In this document: positions 50,331 to 63,548 of the stretch, one piece after another
Layout: each line of letters opens with the position of its first letter
How positions within the stretch are numbered: position 1 is the stretch's first letter
Assembly (NCBI RefSeq): GCF_006345805.1
Contig: NC_043013.1
Location: 36,084,001 to 36,148,000 of the forward strand
Length of the DNA: 64,000 nt
From: Octopus sinensis
Lineage: Eukaryota
Reading direction: 5' to 3'
Notes under the pieces: generated by a model
What the model was told of the DNA's origin: nothing
What the model saw: only the letters and a program-made list of their open reading frames with translations
Databases searched by the model: none
Position numbers and translations under genes: made by a program

Positions 50331-50819
50331 ATATATAGTGAGAATTTACTAAAAAACAAAAAACGAAGACGAGTGTGCAAACAACAAACATATATTAGTT
50401 TAACGCTCGGGAAGTGGGAAAGACTTACGTTTCGAGACTACAAAGAAATAAACAGGGAGAGAAAATAGAAAAAAGGTTTAGTGGCTAGCGATCTATCATG
50501 GCGAATTGTGGACAGAGAGGTCACACAGGAGATCTAGGAAGGAGGGGAGATGATAAAGTAGTGATGATCCCAAAATGAAGGTGCGCGTGTATGCGAGAGC
50601 ATGTATGAGCGCGTGGAAAGGGGGTTGGTGACATTGACGTGCGCATGTGTGCATGTGTTGGTGTGTGGATGATGGTGTAGGTGCTGGGAAGTGGTCAGTG
50701 CTAGTGCGTGCGAGGTGGTGTGAGGTGGTGTGGTGTGGTATGGTGGTGTATGGTATATATATATTGGATAAACATATTGTAGTTCATAGGGATCATGTCT
50801 CACAAAGTGACCTGACCAA

Positions 50820-51075
50820 TACAGTGGAAGTCACAACATTATCTGAGATGGTGGAAGCACTCCGTCGGTTACGAGGATGAGGGTTCCGGTTGATCCGGTC
50901 AACGGAACAGCCTGCTCGTGAAATTAACGTTTAAGTGGCTGAGCACTCCACAGACACGTGTACCTTTAACGTAGTTCTCGGGGATATTCAGCGTGACACA
51001 GAGAGTGACAAGGCCGGCTCTTTGAAATACAGGTACAACAGAAACAGAAAGTAAGAGTGAGAGAAAGTTGTGGTG
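50820..51075 (+). mobile_element. Dispersed repeat family E (second, inverted copy at 53320-53520)
   Basis: CGGAACAGCCTGCTCGTGAAATTAACGT..AAGTGGCTGAGC..CCACAGACAC..GTACC shared in opposite orientations. Confidence 0.7.
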
Positions 51076-51403
51076 AAAGAGTACAGATGGCAAGTCAGAA
51101 ATTGATATTGAGAACGAGGAAGGTTGAGGCCCTCGGGCCAGAACTCAAAACTATGGTATACGTATCTGAATGGCATATTCTTTAAAGGTATGCTTTTTTA
51201 TTGCCTTAATTCTTTATCCGTTTCCTCGCTAATGCTGTTTTTCCTTTATTTGATACCTTCCGGCGGCTGAATTAGGAATTTAGCTCCTATTTCTAAACAG
51301 GTCGATGCCTTTCCGCATCCCTCATGCCCTGTGTTAAATTTGAATTTTGTAGCTATATAATACCATTAGACTTGTTGAACCGCCTGTGTTACTGCTGTTA
51401 ACC

Positions 51404-51555
51404 ATCATCATCATCGTTATCATCACTATTATCATCCTCGTCATCGCTGTCGTCGTCATCATCATCATCATCACCGTCGTCGTCGTCACCACCGTCGTCG
51501 ACGTCACCATCGTTATCATCATCATCATCATAATCATCGTCGTTGTCATCACCAC

Positions 51556-51608
<53 letters not shown>

Positions 51609-51668
51609 CCATCATCATCGTCATCATCATCATCATCATCGTCGTCGTCGTCGTTGTCTTCGTCGTCG

Positions 51669-51718
<50 letters not shown>

Positions 51719-51760
51719 GTTATCATCATCACCACCATCGTCGTCGTTATAATCATCATT
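51404..51760. repeat. (CAT)n/(CGT)n microsatellite
   Basis: Direct reading. Confidence 0.95.
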
Positions 51761-52020
51761 ACTCTGATGGTGTTTATGTTACTGAAATATTGGTACGTGC
51801 GTGTATGTGTTGTGTACGAAAGAGTACGTGTCTGTCGCTTTACGTTACAGCTCGTGTGTACAGCTGCGCTTATTTCGAAATAAGTCTGGGAGACTTATTG
51901 AAAAAAGGGAAATGAATATAACATTATTTGTATATCTTTAAATAATTAAGTACGTATGCATATATGTATGTATGTGTGTGTATGTATGTCTATACACACA
52001 CAGACACATGTAAATATATA

Positions 52021-52158
52021 TTTCTTTATTGCCCACAGGGGGTTAAACATAGAGGGGACAAACAAAGACAGACAAACGGATGAAGTCGATTACATCGACA
52101 CCAGTGCGTAACTGGTACTTTATTTATGGACCCCGAAAGGATGAAAGGCAAAGTAGAC
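52021..52158 (-). mobile_element. SINE family B, 3' part
   Basis: Reverse complement of the long-tail variant and core. Confidence 0.8.
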
Positions 52159-52461
52159 ACATGTAAATATATCCCTCTAATCGTTCTGTCTTGTAGCTTT
52201 TCCGGTCTTTCTCACAACTTGTGTATTATTATTTTAGGTTGTTAGATCTCAAGTATTCTGTTTCGTTTCGTTTTGCAATTTTTACGCCAAGTTTTAGGCA
52301 ATGTTGTAATGTCATGAGTGCCGAAATTGTAATGATTTCGAATTGACGACTGAAGAAGGAATCAGATGTGTACTCATCCGTTTATACCTAAATTTTTAGT
52401 TTTTCCAGCATATTTTCTGCATTGTTTGTTCTACTATTTAAATCATTATATATATTATATA

Positions 52462-52502
<41 letters not shown>

Positions 52503-52505
<3 letters not shown>

Positions 52506-52902
52506 TCTTTACTCTTTTACTTGTTTCAGTCATTTGACTGCGGCCATGCTGGAGCACCGCCTTTAATCGAGCAACTCGACCCCGGGACTTATTCTTTTGT
52601 AAGTGACAGTACTTATTCTATCGGTCAATTTTGCCGAACCGCTAAGTAACGGGGACATAAACACACCAGCATCGGTTGTCAAGCAATGCTAGGGGGACAA
52701 ACACAGACACACAAACACACACACACATATACATACATATATACGACGGGCTTCTTTTCAGTTTCCGTCTACCAAATCCACTCACAAGGCTTTGGTCGGC
52801 CCGAGGCTACAGTAGAAGACACTTGCCCAAGGTGCCACGCAGTGGGACTGAACCCGGAACCATGTGGTTGGTAAACAAGCTACTTACCACACAGCCACTC
52901 CT
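52503..52902 (-). mobile_element. SINE family A, full length, young (older copy adjacent at 52935-53200)
   Basis: Near-consensus sequence. Confidence 0.92.
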
Positions 52903-53744
52903 ATACAATATATATATATTTCATGTTTCATTTTTTTTTACTTGTGCCAGTCATTAGACTGTGGCCATTCTGGAGTATCGCTTTGAAGGTTTTATTTGAA
53001 CGACTCGACCAAGTACTTACTGTATTGGTTCTTTAACCGAACCGCTAGTTTAGAGGGACGCAAACACGCCAACAGAACTTGTCACGCCCTGGGTTGGGGG
53101 GACAAACATGGACACAAAGATACACACATTCACACAAACACACACGCACGTACTCATACAAACACATGCACGCACGACGAGCTTCTTTTAGTTTCCTCTT
53201 CGCAATCTAGTCTGTGCAAAAACACAGAAATGGCTTATCGTAGAATTGTATCTATAACCAAATATCAGAAAGTCAAACGTCTAATCCACCACACGTTCGT
53301 GTATTACCCTTTCTTTTATAGGTACAGTTCACTGATCTGGTGAAAATGAGAAGTACCCTTATTTGAAAGGGCCAATCTTGTCACGTCTTGTGTCAGATTG
53401 AATTTTCCTGAGTACTGTATTAAGGGTACATGTGTCTGTGGAACGCTCAGCCACTTGCACGTTAATTTCACGAGCAAGCTGTTCCGTGGAACCCTCGTCG
53501 TCATGACCGACGGATTGGCTTTATAGTATAGGCGCAAGGGCTGAAATTTTGGGGGAGGGGCTAAACCAATGGTTGTCAACCATATTTTTTTACCTATGGA
53601 CCCCTCTAATTCCTATTTAACTTGGGTGGACCCTCATAACGATTTGAGTTTTTAAAAATCTTATATTTTTGGAATTCAATATTATTAGGGATTGTATTTT
53701 TTTTTTAAATTGTCCAAATATTTTGTTTATTACAGAAGTATATT

Positions 53745-54650
53745 CTTTTATTTGTTTCAGTCATTTGACTGCGGCCATACTGGAGCACCGCCTTTAGACA
53801 AACAAATCGACCCCAGGACTTATTATTCTTTGTAGGCCTAGTACTTATTCTATCAGTCTCTTTTGCTGAATTGCTAAGTTACAGGGGCATAAACACACCA
53901 GCATCGGTTGTAAAGCGATGGTAGGGGGACAAACACAGACGCACAAACATATACATACATACATACACACACTCACACACACACATATATATAAGTAGAT
54001 ATATATACATACATACATATATATATACATATATATACATAACATATATATATATATATATATACATATATATGCATACACACACATACATACTACATAC
54101 ATACATACATACATACAACATACATACATACATACATACATACATACATACATACATACATACATACAACATACATACATACATACATACATACATACAT
54201 ACAACATACATACATACATACTACTACATACATACATACATACACATACATACATACATACATACATACATACATACATACATACATACATACAACATAC
54301 ATACATACATACATACATACATACATCATACATACACATACATACATACATACATACATACATACATACATACATACAACATACATACATACAACATACA
54401 TACATACATACATACATACAACATACATACATACATACATACATACAACATACATACATACATACATACATACGCATACATACATATATATATATGATGA
54501 GCTTCGTTCAGTTTCCGTCAAACAAATCCACTCACAAGGCTTTGGTCAGCGTGAGGATATAGTAGAAGACACTTGCCCAAAGTGCCACGCAGTGGGACTG
54601 AACCTTGGAACCATGTGGTTGGGAAGCAAGCTACTTACCACACAACCACT
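53745..54650 (-). mobile_element. SINE family A with its internal microsatellite expanded to ~550 bp
   Basis: 3' half at 53745-53940 and 5' half at 54497-54650 are collinear and separated by (TACA)n. Confidence 0.85.
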
Positions 54651-55278
54651 CTTACCAATTCACTGCACATAAATTTTAACAACAAAATCTTATATGGAAC
54701 CCATTCAGGATCTAATATAGTATTCGACTGGTACTTGACCCCCAAAAAACGAAAGGCAAAGTCACCCTCGGCGGAAAACAGACGTACGTTATTTTCTGTA
54801 CAGAATCATGTTTATCAGCGCAAATACCATAAACCTTATTGTTGATCAAGATCTAGTGTCATTATGGTACCGTAATTCGCTCCTTAGCATATATCTTAGC
54901 CCTTTAGTTATTTGTTTAATTTGTATATATGAGACAAGTTTTAATATGAGGTTTATAGCTTACGTTCGGCAAAATTATGTGAGTGTGTTTTAAGCCCTTC
55001 GGGTTTTTTCACGAAAAGATGTCTAACCACATTGGTGGACGCTTGCCCTCACACGTAAGCGTATGCATGCATATACACACACACACACACACACAAACGT
55101 GTGTGTATGTGTTCCTGCTCTGTGTGCGTGTGCACATACAGAGACAAATACACATACAACCAATTACAAACTTATAAAATTTACAGCAGACCAAGCAACA
55201 TATCACATATCGCTTTTGTGTGGTTTGTAATACGCTTTTGGAATTTGAAGAACCAAGTGTTAAGCTGAGCAGGAAAAC

Positions 55279-55336
<58 letters not shown>

Positions 55337-55350
55337 ATATATATATATAT

Positions 55351-55739
55351 TACTCTTTTACTTGTTTCAGTCATTTGACTGCGGCCATGCTGGAGCACCG
55401 GCTTTAATCGAGCAACTCGACCCCAGGATTATTCTTTTGTAAGCCCAGTACTTATTCTATCGGTCTCTTTTGCCGAACCGCTATGTTACGGGGACATAAA
55501 CACACCAACATCGGTTGTCAAGCAATGCTAGGGGGACAAACACAGACACACAAACACACACGCGCATATATATATGCATATATACGACGGGCTTCTTTCA
55601 GTTTCCGTCTACCAAATCCACTCACAAGGCATTGGTCGGCCCTGAGCTATAGCAGAAGACACTTGCCCAAGATGCCACGCAGTGGGACTGAACCCGGAAC
55701 CATGTGGTTGGTAAGCAAGCTACTTACCACACAGCCACT
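55351..55739 (-). mobile_element. SINE family A, full length, young
   Basis: Near-consensus sequence. Confidence 0.92.
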
Positions 55740-55748
55740 AAATATATA

Positions 55749-55781
<33 letters not shown>

Positions 55782-55790
55782 GATATATAT

Positions 55791-55841
<51 letters not shown>

Positions 55842-56260
55842 ATAAAGAGAACTATAACATGGCTTGAAGGAAGAGAGGAGTGCTAATCTTCGTTGGACAA
55901 AATGCCAAACTCGGAAGCTGAAGTGCCCCTAAAAATTTTGCTTTTATCATCTATTCTGATCGTCACATCTTACACGAAACGCCTCTCTCTCGGTTTTCTC
56001 TCGCAGCACAAAACTCACGCTCCACATCTTTTAATTATTGCAGTCCATCTAACTAAGCGGTTAATTCTCTCATGCCCCAACAGATATTACAACGTCCGCA
56101 TCCAGGAACGCAGACGTGGCTGCTCGGTAAGAAGTTTGCTTCCGTGTTCAGTTCCACTGTGTGGGACCTTGAGCAAGTATCTTCTTTCATAGCCTCGAGC
56201 CGACCAAATCGTTGCGAGTAGATTTGATAGAAGACTCTGTGTGTGTATATATATATATAT

Positions 56261-57310
56261 ACTAGCAGAGAAACCCGGCGTTGCCCGGTTACATTCAATT
56301 GAAGAATTAGACTTTTCTTTTATATTTTCTCTAGTGAACTGGAATATCTATGTTTCGAATTTCATCAGAATTGCAGATGAGGGTTATTTCCCTTTTTACA
56401 CAGCCTAAAATAATTGTAATCGTGCCACATGGAAACCAAAAGACGAATGATCACAATAAGCAGTCAGTTACCCTACCCTAGTCGTTACCACTCCCAATAT
56501 AGGATTCCTCACCATCCAGGTGACAGGCACAGCCGTAAGATGCATTACAAATCTATAGCAATTGGAAGGGCGTGACCCAACTGAAATCAGCATTAACAAC
56601 TGTGTGACGTGAAGGCTTAGGAGAAATTAAAGTGTCACCTCTGGAGTTTGCAAATGACCACTATACTGATACGTAACTGGACAGAATGAATTTAGAATCT
56701 ATAAATGTCTTTGAATAACCAGTCACTCATCTGGGAAGGCCTTGTAATCAATGTTACCATCTGTGGACCATGTGTGACCGAGTGATAATAAAAAGACTGA
56801 AAGGAGGTCTGCAATCAAATAACTTCACTCAACACTTTGCAACTGAATCAGTGGAGACAAAGATGCCTCTCATTTACTTAACAAATTTATGCACCACATT
56901 GCAGAAATCACAATGTAAGTGTATGTCAAAGCAAACTGTTACACTGTTGTACCATTGAATTAGAAATAATGCCCAACTTTTATGCTCGGGTAACCCTACA
57001 GCTTCCAAGAGCACAACTGTATTCGTTTTTGCTTAGATAAAATGACAAAATTGTGGGTGTTAAGTCCCCATGGAGGGGTCTTCCTAACTTTGTAAGAAGA
57101 TGAAATTTTATAAATATTACTTCATTTGTGTCTAATATCTATGGTTAAAATTTCATCAACAGCAAAAATATATGAATTGTCATGGGGGTTACGGCCCTTA
57201 TGCTTAGAATATAATTTCCAAATTTCATAAAGATCCATTCAGTAATTTTGACCTAGTTTTGGATCATAAAAGAAATGACTAAAATTTGGTAGTTAAGGCT
57301 CCCATTAGGG
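56261..57310 (-). mobile_element. Non-autonomous Helitron-like element
   Basis: Plus strand starts ACTAGCAGAGAAACCCGGCGTTGCCCGG (a minus-strand hairpin plus CTAGT 3' end); AAATTTCAT.AA motifs near the other end, which runs into (TA)n. Confidence 0.55.
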
Positions 57311-57312
57311 TG

Positions 57313-57390
<78 letters not shown>

Positions 57391-57394
57391 ATAT

Positions 57395-57446
<52 letters not shown>

Positions 57447-57470
57447 TTAGATAGATAGATAGATAGATAG

Positions 57471-57524
<54 letters not shown>

Positions 57525-57811
57525 TATAGATATACACACACAAAGATAAATTGATAGATACAACTGAGTGGGCAAACAAAAATATGAGACACAGCCTAGT
57601 GCTTTTTTATGTTGATAAGCCTAGTACTCATTCTATTAGTTTGTTCTTGTGAAACCAGTAAGTTTTGTGGATGTAAATAAATGAACAGCAGTTGTGAAGC
57701 AGTGATGAGGGCGAAACACAGACACAAAGACACACACATACACTTACATATATACATACATATATATATACGATTGATTTGTTTTAGTTCCTGTCTACGA
57801 AATCCATATAT

Positions 57812-60487
57812 ATTGTTGCTGGCATCCTTTTTGTCTCGGGAGACAATGGAGTTGCGCATAAAATAATCTAGTCCGGCTTTTACATTTCATGTCCTAATAC
57901 ATCTCCTGCTGTGGCTGTGTAGTCCTATCCTGGACAAACACTCTCTCTGGCAGGTGCCGCAAATGTAGCGAAGACTTGGCCTGGCTGGTTGTAATGTCAT
58001 ATTTTCTTGTTGACGTCTTTTCTTGTCTTTCCATTTCTCCTCTCCCTCTATGTCACTCCTTTATGTTCTCTATTTTACGGTACGTCGCCAATCTCTACGG
58101 TTGCTGGCAACTGCATCCTAGTTGGTAATATTGATGTTGCAGGCATTCATGTCCCTTTCGCAAACATCCTTGTATCGTAAGAACGATTTTCCCACAGACC
58201 CAGTGCCCCTAGCAAGCTCTCCGTAGAGTATGTACTTGGGGATTCTGCCATCTTTCATACGGCTAACATGCCCAAGCCATCTCATACGTCTTTGTGTGAG
58301 GAGTGCAAACATGCTTGGTATTCCTGCTTGCTTGAAGACGTCTTTGTTGGGGACATGATTCTGCCATTTGATGCGAAGGATTTTCCGGAGGCAGCGCAGG
58401 TGAAAGATATTTAGGCGACGTATGGCGTGTGTATGGCGTCCAAGTCTCACTTCCATACAGTAGAGTGCTAAGTACACATGCCTGGTAAATCTTCATTTTT
58501 GTGGTCTTGGTCAGCTTATTGTTGTCCCATGCGCGTTTGATGAGTTGGGCCATCACAGCAGCTGCCTTGCCAATGCGTATATTGAGCTCAGTATCAAGGG
58601 AGAGGTTGTAGGTGATGGCAGAGTCAAGATAGGTAAACGTCTCCACCTCCTGTAGTCTGTGGACTCCAATATGTATGTTTGAGATGGTCGATGTAACCTG
58701 ACCCATGATGTTGGTCTTCTTGAGGCTGATAAATAAGCCAAAGTTGCCCCATGCTTGCTCAAAACAGTTGATGAGCCTTTGTAGGGCTTCTTCTGTGTGT
58801 GATACCAGAGCAGCATCATCAGCAAATAGCATCTCCTTGATCTGATTTTGGTCTTGGCACGCAGACGCGAGAGATTGAACAGTTTCCCATCACTTCTACT
58901 GTGCAGAAACACTCCATCATCTGATGTCACAAAGGCATGTGACAGCAGCAGCGAGAAGAAGATGCCAAATAATGTAGGAGCAAGGGCACAACCTTGCTTT
59001 ACCCCATTTTTTATTTGGAAGGCGGCTGATGTTGAACCATTGTGCTGTATGGTGCCTTGCATATCATCATGGAAAGATGTGATGATCCTCAGCAGCTTTG
59101 GTGGACATCCGATTTTTTGGAGCAGGATGAAGAGGCCTTTTCTACTTACCAAGTCAAACGCCTTTGTCAGATCAATGAAGGCCATATATAATGGCATTTT
59201 CTGCTCTCTGGACTTCTCCTGAAGTTGGCGTATGGAGAATATCATGTCAATAGTTGATCTGCTTCTTCTAAAGCCACACTGCGATTCTGGATAAATTCGA
59301 GAAGCAAGCAGTTGCAGCCTGGACAGGATAACGCGAGCAGAGGCATTTCCAACAGTGCTTAGAAGAGTTATTCCACGGTAATTGTTACAATCACCACAGT
59401 CACCTTTGTTTTTGTAAAGCGTAATGATGTTAGCATCCCGCATATCCTGAGGGACTGTACCCTCTTCCCAGCACTGACACAGAAGCTCATGAATGTGCCG
59501 AAGCAGGATGGTGTTTTTGCCGGTTTTGATGATCTCTAAGGGGATGCCGTCTTTTCCCGGAGCCTTGTTACTTGCTAGGGAGTCAATAGCCTTGGTGAGC
59601 TCTGCTATAGATGGCAGACTGTCAAGTTCACACATGACTGGCAAGATCTCGACACCCTCTATTGCAGCCTCAGCTATCGTGGTCTCTCGTGAGTAGGGAT
59701 CCTGGTAGTACTCCACCCAGCTATCCATTTGCTTGCTTTGATCCTTGATGAGATCCCCAGTAGTTGATTTCAGAGGGGCTGACTTGGTTGCGGATGAACC
59801 GAGGGCCTTCTTCAAACCGGCATACATCCCACGGGTGTCACCACTGTCAGCAGCTGACTGGATACTCTGACAGATTTCCTGCCAATACCTATTTGCACAG
59901 CGTCTGGCAGTCAGTTGGATTTTATTTCTTGCCTTTCTGAGTTCTTCGAGTGACTTTATAGAAGAATCACTCTTGTATTACATCAGAGCTGCACGCTTTG
60001 TTTCGATAACTGTTTCCAGCTCTGAGAGCCCAGCACTGAACAAAATCTGGGTTTTGCCTTTCTCTCATGCCGAAAGTATCTATTGATGTGGTATACAAAG
60101 CTTCCCTGATATAATTCCACCTACTTTCAGCAGAGGTGGTTGGGCAGCTACTGAGGGCAACTTTGATAGAAACAGCAAGATATTGTCGCAGCGTAGGGTC
60201 GGAGGTTCTGGCAGTGTTAATGCATGGTCGGCCCCTTTTCTTGGAGTGATGGACTTTTTAGGCAGAATCCTCATCTTGCTTCTTATTAGTGAATGATCTG
60301 TGTCACAATCCGCACTATGGTAACTACGAGACAGTTGAACAGAATTCAGAAAGGGTCTTCGTGTAATGATGAGATCCAGCTGATGCCAGTGGTGAGATCT
60401 TTGATGTCTCCAAGATGCCTTGTGGGATGTCTTGTTGGCAAAGAATGTGTTAGCGATGCACAAGTTATTGTATGTGAAAAATTCAAG
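57812..60487 (-). mobile_element. RTE (BovB-like) LINE, 5'-truncated within the AP endonuclease, few frameshifts
   Basis: APE end (WRHQRSHHWHQLDLII..SADCDTDH), 424-aa frame with KAPGKDGIP, NYRGITLL, ESQCGFR, FIDLTKAFD and GVKQGCALAPTLF, then FADD, and the C-terminal RIGLHSHSRRC motif; 3' tail GTCTCCCGAGAC..GGATGCCAGCAACAA. Confidence 0.95.
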
Positions 60488-60860
60488 ATTGCGTGGGTTC
60501 TTCTGACGAACTCTTCTCTTTAGCTCTGTCCACATTTGCTCGATGATATCTAAGTCAGAGCTCCGAGCTGTCCTATCTTTCAGTACAATAACACCCTCAT
60601 CAGCCATACTCTGCTGTGCTGCATGTGATCTTTGGCATGGAGCTCCATCATGCTGAAAAATCTCACCTTCATCCAAGTCTGGTATTAAATTGTCCTTCAG
60701 CAACTGGATGTATTTGGCACTATTCACGTTACCATCAATTTTAACCAACTTTCTTGAACCATCACTTTTTATGCATCCCCAAAGTATCAAACTCTTAACC
60801 CCAAACTTCACTGTTACGTGAGTCGTTTCGCTTTCCTGGAAACCTGTCAAATTCTCGCTT
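60488..60860 (-). mobile_element. Tc1-like transposase catalytic-core fragment
   Basis: TVKFG..SLILWGC, VNSAKYIQLL, FQHDGAP, SSDLDIIEQMW.ELKRRV..KNPRNLE. Confidence 0.9.
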
Positions 60861-60924
60861 ATTAGGTGGCAGCAGTTGTGGTGGTGATGGTGATATTGAT
60901 GTTGGTGGTTTGTTTGTTTGTTGA

Positions 60925-61503
60925 GCGAAGCGATCTTCGTCCCAGTGGGAGAAGTTCGAAACGTGTTCCTTTGCTATTCGTAAGACCCGCAAACAGGTCA
61001 ACCCTCGACACCGAGAGCATCGAGGCTCAGCGGTTGCGCAGGAAGTCGGGGACAAGAAACAGGAAGAAAGAGTGAGAGAAAGTTTGAGCGAAAGAGTACA
61101 ACAGGGGTCGCCACCCCCACCTCCAACCCCCTGCCGGAGCCTCGTGGAGCTTTAGGTGTTTTCGCTCAATAAACACACACAACGCCTGGTCTGGGAATCG
61201 AAACCGCGAGTCCGCTGCCCTAACCACTGGGCTATTGCGCCTCCATATGTGTATATATATATGTGTACATATTACATGTACATCTATATATATACATCTA
61301 CACATAAAATACAAAATACAAAGAGTGGGAGAAAAAGTGGTGAAAGAGTCCAGCAGGGATCACCACCCCCTGCCGGAGCATCGTGGAACTTTTTAGGTGT
61401 TTTTTTCGCTCAATAAACACACACAACGCCCTGTCTGGGAATCGAAACTGCGATCCTCCGACCGCGAGTCCGCTGCCCTAACCACTGGGCCATTGCGCCT
61501 CCA
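60925..61503 (-). mobile_element. Two SINE family C copies (60925-61245 and 61323-61503)
   Basis: Minus heads TGGAGGCGCAATRGCCCAGTGGTTAGGGCAGCGGACTCGCGG. Confidence 0.88.
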
Positions 61504-61889
61504 CTGATGTTGGTGTTGGCGGCGGCGGCGGCGGTGGTGGTGGTGGTGGTGGTGGTGGTGATGTTGAATAAAGAAGACTATAATGATGCGGGGGAAAAGT
61601 GACGATGGTGACGTCAACGACGATGACGACGATGACGACGACGACGACTGCAACCATCATGATGGCGATGCTGTTGATGCTGACGTCTTAAAAACTGTTG
61701 ATATTGCTTGTTTCTCTGTCTCCTGTCATTAATGAGATCGTTGTCTTCGCTGCCACAAATGAGAACGACGACATTAAGTAAGGATCATTATGACAAACGA
61801 AACTTCGAAACCATAATTATATTCTATAATATCAATATGTAACTGCTATGGAATTAATCATATTTCGTTTTTGCTCACGTTCACTAAAC

Positions 61890-61946
61890 ATGCATATATA
61901 CATACATGCACGCACATCTATATATACATACATACATACATACAGG

Positions 61947-61980
<34 letters not shown>

Positions 61981-62057
61981 TTCATATATATATATATATG
62001 TATGTATGTATACATAAGCATACGTATATACATATCTATATACATGCTCACACATCA

Positions 62058-62093
<36 letters not shown>

Positions 62094-62101
62094 GTATATA
62101 A

Positions 62102-62138
<37 letters not shown>

Positions 62139-62206
62139 TATATATATGTATATATATACCTATATATATATTATATATATATATATATGTATATATATAC
62201 CTATAC

Positions 62207-62238
<32 letters not shown>

Positions 62239-62469
62239 ATACCTATACATATATATATATAGATAGATAGATATATATATAACATATACTTATATATATA
62301 TATATATATATATCTATATATATATATATATATTATATATATATATATATAGATAGATATATATATATACATATATATATATATTATATATATATATACA
62401 TATATATATATAATATATATATTATATATATATATATATATATTATAATATAATATATATATATATATC

Positions 62470-62505
<36 letters not shown>

Positions 62506-62514
62506 ATATATATA

Positions 62515-62547
<33 letters not shown>

Positions 62548-62570
62548 CTATATATAAACATAATCATAGA
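61890..62570. repeat. (TA)n-dominated microsatellite field
   Basis: Direct reading. Confidence 0.95.
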
Positions 62571-62927
62571 TGAATAATACATTTAGTTAGTTGTGTGTAC
62601 TATATTTATGTATATATGTATATACGCGCGCGTGTGTGTGTGTGCATGCGTATGTATGCGGAGAAAATTTAAAGGGAGAAAGAGAGTTCGATTGAGGACG
62701 GTGAGAGGGGAAATTGTAATTATGAATTCATAATAAATGTTTTTAAAAGACAATTAGAAATTGTTGCAAACAGAATGCAAAGCGGTTGGTGCCACGATAG
62801 ACATAGTTACAACACTAAACACGACTTGATATTTAATATAGAATAAGAATGCGATCTTTTCTCTTTGTTTGATTGTATATCATAGCGATTTCCCATCACT
62901 TTTAAATAATTTTGTAACACATTACAT

Positions 62928-63108
62928 ACGCAGGAGTGGCTGTGTGGTAAGTAGCTTGCTAACCAACCACATGGTTCCGGGTTCAATCCCACTGCGTGGC
63001 ATCTTGGGCAGGTGTCTTCTGCTATAGCCTCGGGCCGACCAATTCCCTTGTGAGTGGATTTGGTAGACGGAAACTGAAAGAAGCCTGTCGTATATATGTA
63101 TATATATA

Positions 63109-63162
<54 letters not shown>

Positions 63163-63385
63163 ATATGTTTGTGTGTCTGTGTTTGTCCCCCTAGCATTGC
63201 TTGACAACCGATGCTGGCGTGTTTACGTCCCCGTTACTTAGCGGTTCGGCAAACGAGACCGATAGAAGAAGTACTGGGCTTACAAAGAATAAGTCCCGGG
63301 GTCGATTTGCTCGACTAAAGGCGATGCTCCAGCATGGCCGCAGTCAAATGACTGAAACAAGTAAAAGAGTAAAAGAGTAAAAAGA
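62928..63385 (+). mobile_element. SINE family A, full length, young
   Basis: Near-consensus with (GTAAAAGA)n tail. Confidence 0.95.
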
Positions 63386-63548
63386 GTATACAGAAAAAGA
63401 GTAAAAAGTGTATACAGAAAGGATATAAAATAAAGGAAACTTGATCATTGAGCAGTTTATACATTCTATATTCAAGCTGTAGCTGGTTCTTACCATTATT
63501 CAAACGTGCCATACCACCTTCCATGGTATCTATTACACAGCGAAAGTA

